From an uncultured Gammaproteobacteria bacterium (GTDB lineage: Bacteria > Patescibacteriota > Patescibacteriia > Patescibacteriales > WJLG01): 55,503 nucleotides of DNA. A program made the position numbers and the translations under genes. The notes below the pieces were generated by a model. That model was not told where the DNA came from. It was given only the letters and a program-made list of their open reading frames with translations, and made no database searches. Positions 16,792 to 27,154 of this stretch are shown here, in pieces; position 1 is the stretch's first letter; each line of letters begins with the position of its first letter. The DNA is taken from positions 1 through 55,503 of the forward strand of contig CAYNAR010000008.1 in the NCBI GenBank assembly GCA_964395625.1. The letters run 5' to 3'.

Positions 16792-19700
16792 ATGGACCGA
16801 ATCAAGAGGGACTCTTCGGTTTTGAAAGGGTGGTTTTTATTTTTAACCGTCATGTTTTTTGTTGTCCCTTTTTTGTTTTGTCGTGCGGCGGCCGATAATT
16901 CCTCTCCGACCATACCAAATAATTTGCAGCTTGCCGGCAAAAGCGGTACGACCATTCAATTGTCATGGTCAGCCTCTTCCGATAATGTCGGAGTCGTCGG
17001 TTACGCTATTTATCGTGATGGTTCGCAAATCGGCACATCTCTTTCGACTTCGTTCACCGACACCACCGCCACAAGCTCGTCTAGTCACTCTTACTCGGTA
17101 ATCGCTTACGATGCCGCCTCTAACGCCAGCGCTCAAAGCACCTCCCTTTCCGTGACCGTCGGCGGCGTCTATTATGTGTCGACTTCCGGAGACGATTCGG
17201 GCTCCGGCTCTTTTTCTTCGCCTTGGCTCACTTGGCAGAAGGCGATAACGACGGCTTTGCCTGGCGATATAGTCTATTTTCGTTCCGGCACCTATCAAGT
17301 CTCTTCCAATTCTTTGAAGACGGTCAATTCCGGTTCTTCCATTTCCCCAATTATAATAAAGGCGTATCCCGGAGAATCTCCAGTGATATCTGGTAATGGC
17401 GTCAATGCGTTAGTGATGATTGAGGATCCTTATTGGACATTCGACGGTCTGCGTTTTGAGATGAGTAATTTGCCGGATAACGCCAACGCTATGGTCAGGA
17501 TATCGGAAAGCGAATCGGCTAATAACACTACGATAAAGAATTGCGTCTTTCGACTATTCTCTTCTGCCGGCAAGAACGATACGGCTTGCGTCATCTTACA
17601 ATCCGGAAGATCGAACAACGCCTTGATACAGAATAACGAATTCTATGGCTTCAGCTCGGCTTCCAGCTCTGCCAGTGAGGCTTCCGCTATAGAGTATCTC
17701 GGTGGCGAGAATGTCGGCACCAAGATATTGAACAATGTTTTTCATAATTTTAAATTCGGCGTCTTCGTCAAAATCGCCAACGGAGACACGCAATCTTCCG
17801 GGGCGGAGATGGCCAATAATCATTTCTACGATTGTTATCGTAGTCTATATGGACAGCCGACTTTCGTCGATTTTCACAATAACTTGGCAGTGCGTTGCGG
17901 GGTGGAGCTCGGTGATAATAGAGGTGGTGCACAAAGCCATGGCTCGATATTGAATCATAATACTTTCTATGAGTCGACTTTGATATTGAGGAATCCTAGT
18001 GATGGACCGGTCGGTAGTTCCACGGTGACGAACAATCTTTTCATGAATACCGCTCAGTTGAGCCCGTCGGCTATGGGCTCCCTTTCTCCGCATGATACCG
18101 TGCTTAGTTATAATCTGTATAGGTCGGGGACTTCTACTTTTTTGGAATATGGCAATATATATTCTTTGGTCGGGTGGAGGACTTATTATGGCGGTGATTC
18201 CGGTTCTATTACCGGCGTTCCGGTATTCTCTTCGGCTTCTCCCGTCGCTTTAGCCGATTTTTATTTAGCCGCCGGCTCCCCGGGTGATGGCGCAGGTTCC
18301 GACGGTAAGGACATTGGAGCCGATATCGACTTGGTCGGCATAAAGGCCGCGCCTTCATCCGATACTACGCCTCCGACGGGTTCGATTTCGATAAACAACG
18401 GCAACGGTTATACTAATCAGACTTCCGTCGAACTTTCGCTGTCGGCTTCCGATTCGGGGAGCGTGACGGAGATGAAGTTCTCCAACGATTCGGCGATGTT
18501 CTCGACTTTATTCTCTTGGCCTTTCGCCACCTCTTTTCCTTGGATCGTCGAAGTAGCCGACGGCGTCAAAAACGTCTATGTCTGGTTTTGTGACAATTTC
18601 GGTAATTGGGATAGTGTGCCTTATTCTGATTCTATAATATTGGATACTTTGGCGCCCTCTATCTCCGGAGTCACGGTTTCCAGTATCGCGGCTAATTCGG
18701 CGACCATATCTTGGCAGACTTCAGAGGATGCGGTCGGTTTTGTGAATTATGGCTATACGGTGAATTATTCCGCTTCCACATCCGAGGAGCTCGTGTACGA
18801 CAACGTCCATAGCGTTTCGATGAACAATCTTTCTCCTTCTTATCTCTATAATTTCAAGATTGTCGCCACTGATCATGCCGGCAATCGTTCTCGTTCGTCG
18901 AACTACTACTTTACTACCGCTTCGAGTTCGATTCTCGATATTACTCCACCTTCCAGGATAAGCAATCTCGCTTTTGGAAATGTGACTAGTAACTCAGTGG
19001 ATCTTTCTTGGTCGGCCCCGGGAGACGATGGGATGTTGGGATTAGCCTTCTCTTACGACGTTCGCTACGCCAAATGGATACCGAATTCTTCGTCGACCCC
19101 TTTAGAGATAGCTAATTGGTGGAACAACGCCTTTCAGTTGCCCGGTGAGCCTTCACCGCACGCCCCTTTGACCGTCGAACACATGACTGTCAGTGGGCTG
19201 TTAGCCAGCACTACCTATTATTTTGCCTTCAAGACCGTCGATGAGGTCGGCAATATCTCGCCGACTTCCAATGTGGTAACTGTCATAACGACGAGTACTT
19301 CTTCCGGCGGGGAGGAGAATCCTGGTGGGAGCACTCCTCCGGGCGGTTCCTCGGGGGGTAGCTCTTCGGCCTCCGTTCCATCTTCGTCTTCCGGTGGTTC
19401 ACAAACTTCCATCTTGTATATATCCGGTTTTTGGGCCATCGGAACCAAGAATCAGATTCTTCTCAATTGGCAGAACCCGACGACGCAAACCTTCTTAAAG
19501 GTGAAGTTATATCGTAAGATGGGTTCGTCGCAGATCAAAGAGAACGATCCTGGGGCGAAACTGCTTTACGAGGGGGCTTTGGAAAAGTACGCAGATGTAT
19601 CGGTTGTACAAGGCGAAGAGTATTATTATAGTCTTTACCCTTATGATCGTTCTTTGGTCGTCGGACCATCGAGAACGGTCAAAGTTTTAGCAGATGGCGT

Positions 19701-20370
19701 TAAGCCGACCAGTACCACCACCAATCTACAGGGGACTTCGACCGTGCCGGTCGAGCCTGTCGTGGAGGAGGTTAAGACTTTGGCCGGAGCGGAGAGCGCT
19801 GTCGTGGAACGAGTCACCGAGAAGGAGTCTTCTCAGGTCATCGACCAGACGGAGTCCGAGGTGGTCTTGCTTTCTTCGACGACCAAGAAGATATACGACA
19901 AGATAATAGCGTTGTCTCCTAAAGAGCCGTCGGAAGAGGTTAAATATTATATAGCTAATTTTATACATAATGGAACTCTTACGACCAATGTGATAGGTGC
20001 GGGAGAGCGCGGAGGGTCTATCGCTTCCTTTAATAACGCCTTCGGGAGATTGCCTGAAAGCAAGACTGATTGGCAGGACGTCATAAAAATAGCTAATGGT
20101 CGTTGGCCGAAACAGCGTAATCTTACTAGGGAGAAATGGGTGTCGACGGATGTATTCTTTAGAATCTACGGTCGTACCGCCAATATGGGCAATCGTAACG
20201 ATAATGCGGCGGTCACCGTGATAACATACGGCCTCCGTCCAGCGCTAAGAAATGTGGAAAGCGAGAAGGCCGGTATAAACACCTTTAAATATATAGCGAA
20301 AAGATATCCGACATCGGCTCAAGATTGGGATATCGTCCGCGCTATTGCTTATTCCGGGGCGAGAAGGTAA
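16792..20370 (+). CDS. Large secreted multidomain protein (FnIII, right-handed beta-helix, Ig/FnIII repeats, CPR-type C-terminal domain)
   Basis: N-terminal hydrophobic signal; FnIII SWSASSDNVGVVGYAIYRDG; YYVSTSGDD..PW.T.QKA..A.PGD.VYFR.GTY beta-helix start; DTTPP/DITPP modules; Gly/Ser linker; C-terminal GAGERGG..IAYSGARR. Confidence 0.8.
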   Translation: MDRIKRDSSVLKGWFLFLTVMFFVVPFLFCRAAADNSSPTIPNNLQLAGKSGTTIQLSWSASSDNVGVVGYAIYRDGSQIGTSLSTSFTDTTATSSSSHSYSVIAYDAASNASAQSTSLSVTVGGVYYVSTSGDDSGSGSFSSPWLTWQKAITTALPGDIVYFRSGTYQVSSNSLKTVNSGSSISPIIIKAYPGESPVISGNGVNALVMIEDPYWTFDGLRFEMSNLPDNANAMVRISESESANNTTIKNCVFRLFSSAGKNDTACVILQSGRSNNALIQNNEFYGFSSASSSASEASAIEYLGGENVGTKILNNVFHNFKFGVFVKIANGDTQSSGAEMANNHFYDCYRSLYGQPTFVDFHNNLAVRCGVELGDNRGGAQSHGSILNHNTFYESTLILRNPSDGPVGSSTVTNNLFMNTAQLSPSAMGSLSPHDTVLSYNLYRSGTSTFLEYGNIYSLVGWRTYYGGDSGSITGVPVFSSASPVALADFYLAAGSPGDGAGSDGKDIGADIDLVGIKAAPSSDTTPPTGSISINNGNGYTNQTSVELSLSASDSGSVTEMKFSNDSAMFSTLFSWPFATSFPWIVEVADGVKNVYVWFCDNFGNWDSVPYSDSIILDTLAPSISGVTVSSIAANSATISWQTSEDAVGFVNYGYTVNYSASTSEELVYDNVHSVSMNNLSPSYLYNFKIVATDHAGNRSRSSNYYFTTASSSILDITPPSRISNLAFGNVTSNSVDLSWSAPGDDGMLGLAFSYDVRYAKWIPNSSSTPLEIANWWNNAFQLPGEPSPHAPLTVEHMTVSGLLASTTYYFAFKTVDEVGNISPTSNVVTVITTSTSSGGEENPGGSTPPGGSSGGSSSASVPSSSSGGSQTSILYISGFWAIGTKNQILLNWQNPTTQTFLKVKLYRKMGSSQIKENDPGAKLLYEGALEKYADVSVVQGEEYYYSLYPYDRSLVVGPSRTVKVLADGVKPTSTTTNLQGTSTVPVEPVVEEVKTLAGAESAVVERVTEKESSQVIDQTESEVVLLSSTTKKIYDKIIALSPKEPSEEVKYYIANFIHNGTLTTNVIGAGERGGSIASFNNAFGRLPESKTDWQDVIKIANGRWPKQRNLTREKWVSTDVFFRIYGRTANMGNRNDNAAVTVITYGLRPALRNVESEKAGINTFKYIAKRYPTSAQDWDIVRAIAYSGARR

Positions 20371-20399
20371 TCTTGTAGAAGATTAGAAAAAAATATCCT

Positions 20400-22415
20400 A
20401 TGTTCAAGAAAAAACACAAGAAAAAAAAGATAGATTTTTTGTCGGCCCATGGCAAGTTGGACGATTTGATAGACAATCTCCATTTCCATAGGCGTCCGAA
20501 AAGGAATTGGCCGGCTTTGATAGCTAAGTTTTTGTTTAGGTTGTTTATCATTGTTATCGTATTTTTAGTCGTTTCCGGAGGTTTTTTTATTTGGCGATAT
20601 CGTGGTCTTTATGATTTGGCCGTTTCCGGCAAGAATAGCTTGGAGAATGCTATAGCTTCGGCGCAGGTCCAAGATTTCGGCAAGATGCTTTCCGAATCTC
20701 AGGCGGCCATAGATTATTTTTCTGATTTCTTGGCGGAAGTCAAGGGAATGAGATCTAATTTCTTTTTAAAGAGATTCGCTTTAGCCGACAATGAATTGGC
20801 CGACTTGGAGCATCTGCTCAAGGCCTTAGAATTGATCAGTCGATCGATGGAGAGGACCGCTTTGATCGGTCAGGAAATTTACAATATATCTTCCGGAGTA
20901 CGGGGTGGTAATTTCAGCGAGTTCAGCTTGGAGGAGAAGAAGTTTATGCTCAAGACCATCTACGAATCCGGACCGGAGATTAATGGTGTGAAGGCCAACA
21001 TCGACTTGGCCTTAATGGAGGTGTCATCCATTAAAGGACATGGAATACTATTACCTTTAAAGAAAAAGATAGCCGAAGCTAAAGATAAGATGACTAAAGC
21101 TTCCGAATTAGCCGAGCGTTTATCTTTAGCTTCCGAATTAGCTCCGGAGATTTTCGGTTATCCTAAACAATCTTCCTTTTTGGTGTTTTTTCAGAATAGC
21201 GACGAGCTTCGTCCGACGGGAGGCTTTTTTGGAACCTACGGATTGTTGGAAGTTTCCAATGGCGACATAGTCCGCTTCGATACTCACGACATCTATCATA
21301 TGGATATGCCTTTGGAGGCGGGTAAAAAATTTTCAATCACCCCGCCAGATCCGATAAGGCTTTATTTGAACAATAAATGGTATCTGCGCGATTCTAATTG
21401 GTCGCCGGATTGGCCGACCTCCGCGGAGAAAGCCCTCTGGTTCTATCAAGAGGAGGACCGTCTCTTACCTCCAAAGAATCAGATAAATAATTTCAAGGGG
21501 CAGTTCAACGGCGTCATCGCGATCACTCCGGATATCGTGAAGACTTTGTTGTCTATCATCGGACCGGTGACGGTCGGCGGTGAGACTTATGACCAGAACA
21601 ATTTCACGGATCTTTTGGAGTATAAAGTCGAACAGGATTATGTCAATCAGAATGTGTCGTCTTGGGAGAGAAAGGAAGTGATAGGCGACATCATGGAAGA
21701 GATTAAGGTTAGACTATTCAACTTGCCTCATTCTCGATGGCCGGAACTGTATCAGAAAGTCCTAGTCGCCGGAGCCAATCGCCAGATACAAGTCTATATG
21801 AAGGACAAGTATTTGAACGGCTTGGTTCAGGAATTGGGTTGGGGCGGAGAGATCAAGTCCTATGACGGAGACTATTGGTTGGCCGTCGACGCCAATCTCG
21901 GCGCTCGTAAGAGCGATTCGATCGTCGTCAAAACCGCCGACTACCAGGTTCGTAATTCCTCCGAAGGTTTGCGTGCCAAATTGACCTTGGATTATGCTCA
22001 TGGCGGTAAGATCGATTGGCGAACCGACGATTACAAGACTTATACTAGAGTCTATGTTCCTCTTGGAAGTCGTTTGATAAAGGTTTCAGGTATAGCCAAA
22101 GGTAAGGCTGAAGTCGGAGAGGAGAACGGCAAGACTTTCTTCGGTGGATTTTTCAATATCAAGGCCGGGACTAGCGGACAAGCCGTATTCGAATATAGAT
22201 TGCCCGAACAATTATCGAAAAAGGCCGAAAAAGGAGAGTATCGTCTATATATACAGAAACAGGCCGGAAGTCGTTTAGGTCAAGTTAAAGTTGACTTGGA
22301 TGCCGGATATGAGATAGAATCTTATGATGCGGTCGATGGTGAGATCTTGGGACATAATAATTTTGTTTGGTCAAGCCAACTGACGAGCGACAAGGAGATA
22401 AAAATAGAATTTTAA
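20400..22415 (+). CDS. DUF4012-domain membrane-anchored protein
   Basis: One N-terminal TM segment; FQNSDELRPTGGFFGTYG, RDSNWSPDWP and DANLGARKSD motifs. Confidence 0.85.
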   Translation: MFKKKHKKKKIDFLSAHGKLDDLIDNLHFHRRPKRNWPALIAKFLFRLFIIVIVFLVVSGGFFIWRYRGLYDLAVSGKNSLENAIASAQVQDFGKMLSESQAAIDYFSDFLAEVKGMRSNFFLKRFALADNELADLEHLLKALELISRSMERTALIGQEIYNISSGVRGGNFSEFSLEEKKFMLKTIYESGPEINGVKANIDLALMEVSSIKGHGILLPLKKKIAEAKDKMTKASELAERLSLASELAPEIFGYPKQSSFLVFFQNSDELRPTGGFFGTYGLLEVSNGDIVRFDTHDIYHMDMPLEAGKKFSITPPDPIRLYLNNKWYLRDSNWSPDWPTSAEKALWFYQEEDRLLPPKNQINNFKGQFNGVIAITPDIVKTLLSIIGPVTVGGETYDQNNFTDLLEYKVEQDYVNQNVSSWERKEVIGDIMEEIKVRLFNLPHSRWPELYQKVLVAGANRQIQVYMKDKYLNGLVQELGWGGEIKSYDGDYWLAVDANLGARKSDSIVVKTADYQVRNSSEGLRAKLTLDYAHGGKIDWRTDDYKTYTRVYVPLGSRLIKVSGIAKGKAEVGEENGKTFFGGFFNIKAGTSGQAVFEYRLPEQLSKKAEKGEYRLYIQKQAGSRLGQVKVDLDAGYEIESYDAVDGEILGHNNFVWSSQLTSDKEIKIEF

Positions 22416-22419
22416 AACA

Positions 22420-23427
22420 GTGTTTGTAAAAAGTATCGGCATTGACCTGGGAACGACCTCGACTTTGGTTCATTTGCCTAAAAAAGGAATAGTAGTCAAC
22501 GAGCCTTCTGTCGTGGCGGTGTCTATGGACGATCGCAAGATTTTGGCTGTGGGAAACGAAGCCAAGGAAATGCTCGGGCGCACGCCGGACAATATCATAG
22601 CGGTCAAGCCGTTGAAGGACGGCGTGATAGCCGATTATCGTACCACCGAAGCGATGCTCCGTTATTTTATAAATAAGACTATCGGTAATTTTCGTATTTT
22701 CCGTCCGGAAGTCATGGTCGCCGTCCCTGCCGGCATATCCTCGACGGAGCGTCGTGCCGTAATCGAAGCCACTATTTCCGCCGGAGCCAAGGCGGCATAT
22801 ATCATCAAAGAGCCTATCGCTGCGGCTATCGGTGCGGAGATACCTATCGGATCATCGTCCGGTCACATGATAATAGATATCGGCGGAGGAACGGCGGAAA
22901 TGGCCGTCATCTCTTTAGGCGGTATCGTTTCGGTCAACTCCGTTAAGATAGGCGGTAATAAATTCGATGCAGCCGTCATGGAGCACGTCAGACGTAAATA
23001 TAATCTTTCCATAGGCGAGCGCACGTCGGAAGAGATAAAGATAAACGTCGGCTCGGCTTTGTATCTGAAGAATAAGTTGAATCTGGAAGTGCGCGGTCGC
23101 GATGTGGTCACCGGATTACCGAGAAGTATCAACGTTATAAGCGATGATGTCACAGAAGCTATACAGAATGAATTGGAGGGGATAATAATAGCCATTAAAA
23201 AAACTCTCAATGAGACGTCTCCGGAATTGGCCGCAGATATCATGGACAAAGGCATTGTCATGTCCGGAGGAAGTTCACAGTTACGCAATATCGATCAGCT
23301 CATCTCTCGCACCATCGGAGTGCCTGTCTATATCGCCGACGACCCGGTTCTTTGTGTTGCCAAGGGTACCGGCATAGCCTTGGACAATCTCGATTCCTAC
23401 AAGCGTTCCATTTTGGCTACGAAGTAG
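22420..23427 (+). CDS. mreB: Rod shape-determining protein MreB/Mbl
   Basis: GIDLGT, EPSVVA, DIGGGTAE, GG..FD and SGGSSQL motifs; GTG start. Confidence 0.95.
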   Translation: MFVKSIGIDLGTTSTLVHLPKKGIVVNEPSVVAVSMDDRKILAVGNEAKEMLGRTPDNIIAVKPLKDGVIADYRTTEAMLRYFINKTIGNFRIFRPEVMVAVPAGISSTERRAVIEATISAGAKAAYIIKEPIAAAIGAEIPIGSSSGHMIIDIGGGTAEMAVISLGGIVSVNSVKIGGNKFDAAVMEHVRRKYNLSIGERTSEEIKINVGSALYLKNKLNLEVRGRDVVTGLPRSINVISDDVTEAIQNELEGIIIAIKKTLNETSPELAADIMDKGIVMSGGSSQLRNIDQLISRTIGVPVYIADDPVLCVAKGTGIALDNLDSYKRSILATK

Positions 23428-23503
23428 TCAGTCTTTTTCTGGCTTGATCAGTTTCGAGATGGTCGGGTGTTCGCTTGATTTTCCAATCTTATATTTTTAC
23501 ATT

Positions 23504-24802
23504 ATGATAATCGGCATCGACGCCTCTCGCGCCAATCGTGAGCACAAAAGCGGTACGGAGTGGTACTCGTACTATCTGATAAAGCATTTCGCTCAATTGG
23601 ACGACAAGAATCAATACGTACTCTACACGGACGTCCCTTTACGCTCCGGTCTTTCTAATTTGACCGGCGTGCAAGATGACGAATTCGATTCTCGACCAGT
23701 ATTTGACGAAAAAGGATATCAGATAATAAAGAGTCCGCATAACAACTTCAAAGGCTTGGTGTTGCGTTGGCCGTTACCTTATTTTTGGACATTAGGGAGG
23801 CTGTCCTTGGAGATGCTCTTCAAAAGTCCGGACGTCCTTTTCGTGCCGGCTCATGGTTTGCCTTTAATCCATCCTAAAAAGACCATCAACACGATACACG
23901 ACGTCTCTTTCAGGGAGAAGGATGCTCCATATATCTTCGAAAAGAAGAGGTTGGGGCCGGGTTCTCGTCGGTTAGTCAGAAAAGTCGTCAATCTTTCGGT
24001 TCGTCTTTTGACATTGGGTAAGTATGGCGCCAACGCCTTCGATTATTTGGATTGGTCGACTATAAATGCCCTTAAGCATTCGGAAAAGATAATAACCGTT
24101 TCCAAATATAGTCGCGATCAGATAATGAAGAATTATAAGTGCGACGAGAAGGATATTTGCCGTAGCAATAAGATAAAAGCCATATATAACGGATTCAATA
24201 ATCTTATCTATCGCAAGATGGGGGATAAGTCGGAAGTCGATTCTGTTTTATCCAAATACGGCATAGATCGTCCTTATCTGCTTTACGTCGGAAGATTGGA
24301 GAGGAAGAAGAATACCCCTTTCTTGATAGAGGCTTTCGCTAAAGCGAAGATAAAGAATCCCGGCATAAAGGAGAAGTTGGTTTTGGTCGGCGACGCTAGT
24401 TTCGGTTATGACGAGGTTAAATATTACATCTACCAATACGGCTTGTCGCATGACGTCATAATGACAGGGTGGATTCCCGAGGAGGATATGCCGGCCATTT
24501 TCAATGGTGCCACGGCCTTCATCCTTCCTTCGGTGCACGAAGGTTTCGGTATTCCGGCTTTGCAGGCTATGAATTGTGCCGTTCCCGTGGCTTTGTCCGA
24601 TATTCCGGTCATGAGGGAGGTAGCCGAGGATGCGGCTTTGTTTTTCGATCCGAAGAATAAGGAGGTGGCAGCCGAAGCTATAACAAAGATTTTGACCGAC
24701 GAGGGTTTGCGTCGAGAATTGATCGAAAAGGGCCTTGTTAGAGCTTCGGATTTTTCTTGGGAGAAGTGCGCCAAGGAGACTTTGAAAACCATAATTTCCT
24801 AA
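23504..24802 (+). CDS. Glycosyltransferase family 4 (GT-B)
   Basis: IGIDAS, YVGRLERKKN and EGFGIPALQAM motifs. The start is placed at ATG 23504. Confidence 0.9.
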   Translation: MIIGIDASRANREHKSGTEWYSYYLIKHFAQLDDKNQYVLYTDVPLRSGLSNLTGVQDDEFDSRPVFDEKGYQIIKSPHNNFKGLVLRWPLPYFWTLGRLSLEMLFKSPDVLFVPAHGLPLIHPKKTINTIHDVSFREKDAPYIFEKKRLGPGSRRLVRKVVNLSVRLLTLGKYGANAFDYLDWSTINALKHSEKIITVSKYSRDQIMKNYKCDEKDICRSNKIKAIYNGFNNLIYRKMGDKSEVDSVLSKYGIDRPYLLYVGRLERKKNTPFLIEAFAKAKIKNPGIKEKLVLVGDASFGYDEVKYYIYQYGLSHDVIMTGWIPEEDMPAIFNGATAFILPSVHEGFGIPALQAMNCAVPVALSDIPVMREVAEDAALFFDPKNKEVAAEAITKILTDEGLRRELIEKGLVRASDFSWEKCAKETLKTIIS

Positions 24803-24846
24803 GCATTGTCACTAAACGGCGATTTTTGTTTTTCGCTGTTTTTTGT

Positions 24847-24876
24847 TTGGCAAATCGATGTTCGGTATGTTATAAT
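24847..24876 (+). promoter_or_regulatory. Putative sigma70 promoter
   Basis: TTGGCA-N18-TATAAT with TGn, 9 nt before ATG 24886. Confidence 0.55.
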
Positions 24877-24885
24877 TTAAGTGTT

Positions 24886-27111
24886 ATGAGGCTTGGAAAG
24901 AATATATTTTCAGCTTGTTTTTTGATAGGTTTGACTTTGTCAGGCCTTTTTGTCGTTGGTGCGTCTTCCGTGTCGGCTGTTACGAGTGATGGAGAGCGAA
25001 TTTTAGTTAAATACAAAGACAAGAAAGACTTATCTGTGTTTGAAGTGCCACCCGATAAGAATATTGAAGAGATGGTTAAGGAGTATAACTCCAAAAAGGA
25101 GGTGGATTATGCCGAGCCGGATTATGAATACGAGGTCTCCGTACTTCCCAGTGATTCTTATTATAATAAGCAATGGTATCTAGATAAGATACGTGCCCCT
25201 TATGCTTGGGATAAGGTCCGCGAGACGCCGAGCATCGTCGTGGCGGTCATCGATTCCGGAATTCAGATAAAGCACCCGGATCTATATCCGAATATTTGGG
25301 TGAACGAAGATGAGATACCAGACAATAATAAAGACGACGACGGCAATGGTTTCATGGACGATTACAACGGCTGGGATTTTTTAAGCAACACTCCTGACCC
25401 ATCGCCTAAGTTTAATGAAGGCTTCAATGAGTCCGGGATAGTCCATGGTACTTTGGTGTCCGGAATAATCGGCGCTGTCGGCAATAATTCCAGCGGCGTA
25501 TCGGGAGTGTCTTGGAATATTAAAGTTATGCCTCTTAGGGTTTTGGATGACGATGGCGAGGGGCGGACGAACGAAGTGGTTAGGGCGATAGACTATGCGA
25601 TAGCCAATAAGGCCGATGTCATCAATTTTAGCTTTGTGGGCTTTAATTATAGTCGTTCTTTATACGAGGCTATAAAGCGTGCCTATGAAGCCGGCATAAT
25701 AATGGTGGCAGCCGCCGGTAACGAGAGCGATCAGGGCGATGGCTACGATCTGAACGAAGTGCCGATGTATCCGGCTTGTAGCGAGGGAGACGAGAATATG
25801 GTTATCGGTGTGGCCGCTACCGACGCGGTCGACCAGAAGGCCAGTTTCTCCAGTTACGGATTGCGTTGTGTCGACGTGGCCGCTCCAGGTGTCAGTTTTT
25901 TCGGTTTAGCCGTCTACAAGCCGACGCAAAGCATCGGTTCTCGTCATTTCGATCAGTATTTCGGAGGCTATTGGTCCGGAACATCGATGGCTACACCGGT
26001 GACTTCCGGTATTCTAGCCTTAATTAAAAGTCGCAACCCTAGTCTTAAATCCAAGGAAGTTTCCGATGTATTAATGGCTAGCACTGATGATATAAGCCGA
26101 TTAAACCCGAACTATTCCGGTCAACTCGGTACTGGTCGCGTCAATGCTTTCTCGGCGGTCAATCTTGCCGAGAAGACTATCTTAGACAAGCAACGTCAAA
26201 TAGTGGTCGTCCCTTATTCCTCCGGTTCCAATGAGATAAAGGTCTTCGATCCCAAAGGACAGTCGACTAAGGTGTATAAGATAGACGACAAGATTTCCGG
26301 TAATGGTTGGAATATCTCTTCTGGCGATTTGGACGGAGACCGGAAAGATGAAATCGTCTTAGGCGCCGGTTCCGGGCAGAGGCCTGAAATCGTCGTCTTG
26401 GGTAGCGATGGCAAAATCAAGTTTCGGTTTTTAGCTTATGCCGTTTCCTATAAAGACGGAGTCAAGGTGGCCTTGGGTGATGTCGATGGCGATGGTATAG
26501 ATGAAATAGTTTCTTCTCCTGCCGGCAAGGGTGGTCCTCATATCAGGATTTTTGATCAAAACGGTAAAGTCGAGGGCCAATTCTTCGCCTATGATAAAGA
26601 TTTTCGCGGTGGCGTATCGGTTGCCGTCGGCGATGTCGATGGGGATAGTCGAGAGGAGATAGTGACTTCCGTCGGTTTCAAAGGCGCTCCTTTGGTGAAG
26701 ATTTTTAACGCTAAAGGCTCTCTTAAAAAACAGTTTTACGCTTATGACCGCAATTTTCTCGGCGGAGTCAATCTAGTAGTGGCCGATGTGATAACCGAAT
26801 CTGGTTCGAAGAAGGAGGAGATAGTCACGGCCCCGAATAAAGGAGGGGGTCCCCATGTGCGAATGTTCGACGATACCGGAAACGTAAGATCTCAATTTTT
26901 CGCCTATGATAAAGGTTTGCGTAGCGGAGTGAGCTTGGCCGCCGGAGACGTCGATGGCGACGGTCTTTTCGATATTGTTACCGGCGCTTTGGCTGGTGGT
27001 GGTCCGCATGTCCGCGTATTTAGGCCTAATGGACAGATGCTGTCGTCCTTCTACTCTTTCGCACAAAATTTCAATGGCGGAATAAGTGTCGGCACAGTGA
27101 ACGTGAAGTGA
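24886..27111 (+). CDS. Secreted S8 subtilisin-like protease with C-terminal FG-GAP/VCBS-like repeats
   Basis: Catalytic triad motifs VAVIDSG, HGTLVSG and GTSMATP; repeats GDVDGDG.DEIV / GGPHVR.F / FFAYD. Confidence 0.92.
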   Translation: MRLGKNIFSACFLIGLTLSGLFVVGASSVSAVTSDGERILVKYKDKKDLSVFEVPPDKNIEEMVKEYNSKKEVDYAEPDYEYEVSVLPSDSYYNKQWYLDKIRAPYAWDKVRETPSIVVAVIDSGIQIKHPDLYPNIWVNEDEIPDNNKDDDGNGFMDDYNGWDFLSNTPDPSPKFNEGFNESGIVHGTLVSGIIGAVGNNSSGVSGVSWNIKVMPLRVLDDDGEGRTNEVVRAIDYAIANKADVINFSFVGFNYSRSLYEAIKRAYEAGIIMVAAAGNESDQGDGYDLNEVPMYPACSEGDENMVIGVAATDAVDQKASFSSYGLRCVDVAAPGVSFFGLAVYKPTQSIGSRHFDQYFGGYWSGTSMATPVTSGILALIKSRNPSLKSKEVSDVLMASTDDISRLNPNYSGQLGTGRVNAFSAVNLAEKTILDKQRQIVVVPYSSGSNEIKVFDPKGQSTKVYKIDDKISGNGWNISSGDLDGDRKDEIVLGAGSGQRPEIVVLGSDGKIKFRFLAYAVSYKDGVKVALGDVDGDGIDEIVSSPAGKGGPHIRIFDQNGKVEGQFFAYDKDFRGGVSVAVGDVDGDSREEIVTSVGFKGAPLVKIFNAKGSLKKQFYAYDRNFLGGVNLVVADVITESGSKKEEIVTAPNKGGGPHVRMFDDTGNVRSQFFAYDKGLRSGVSLAAGDVDGDGLFDIVTGALAGGGPHVRVFRPNGQMLSSFYSFAQNFNGGISVGTVNVK

Positions 27112-27154
27112 TAAGTTGTCTTTGATTAGAAACTAATAATTTATAATTGTATAT

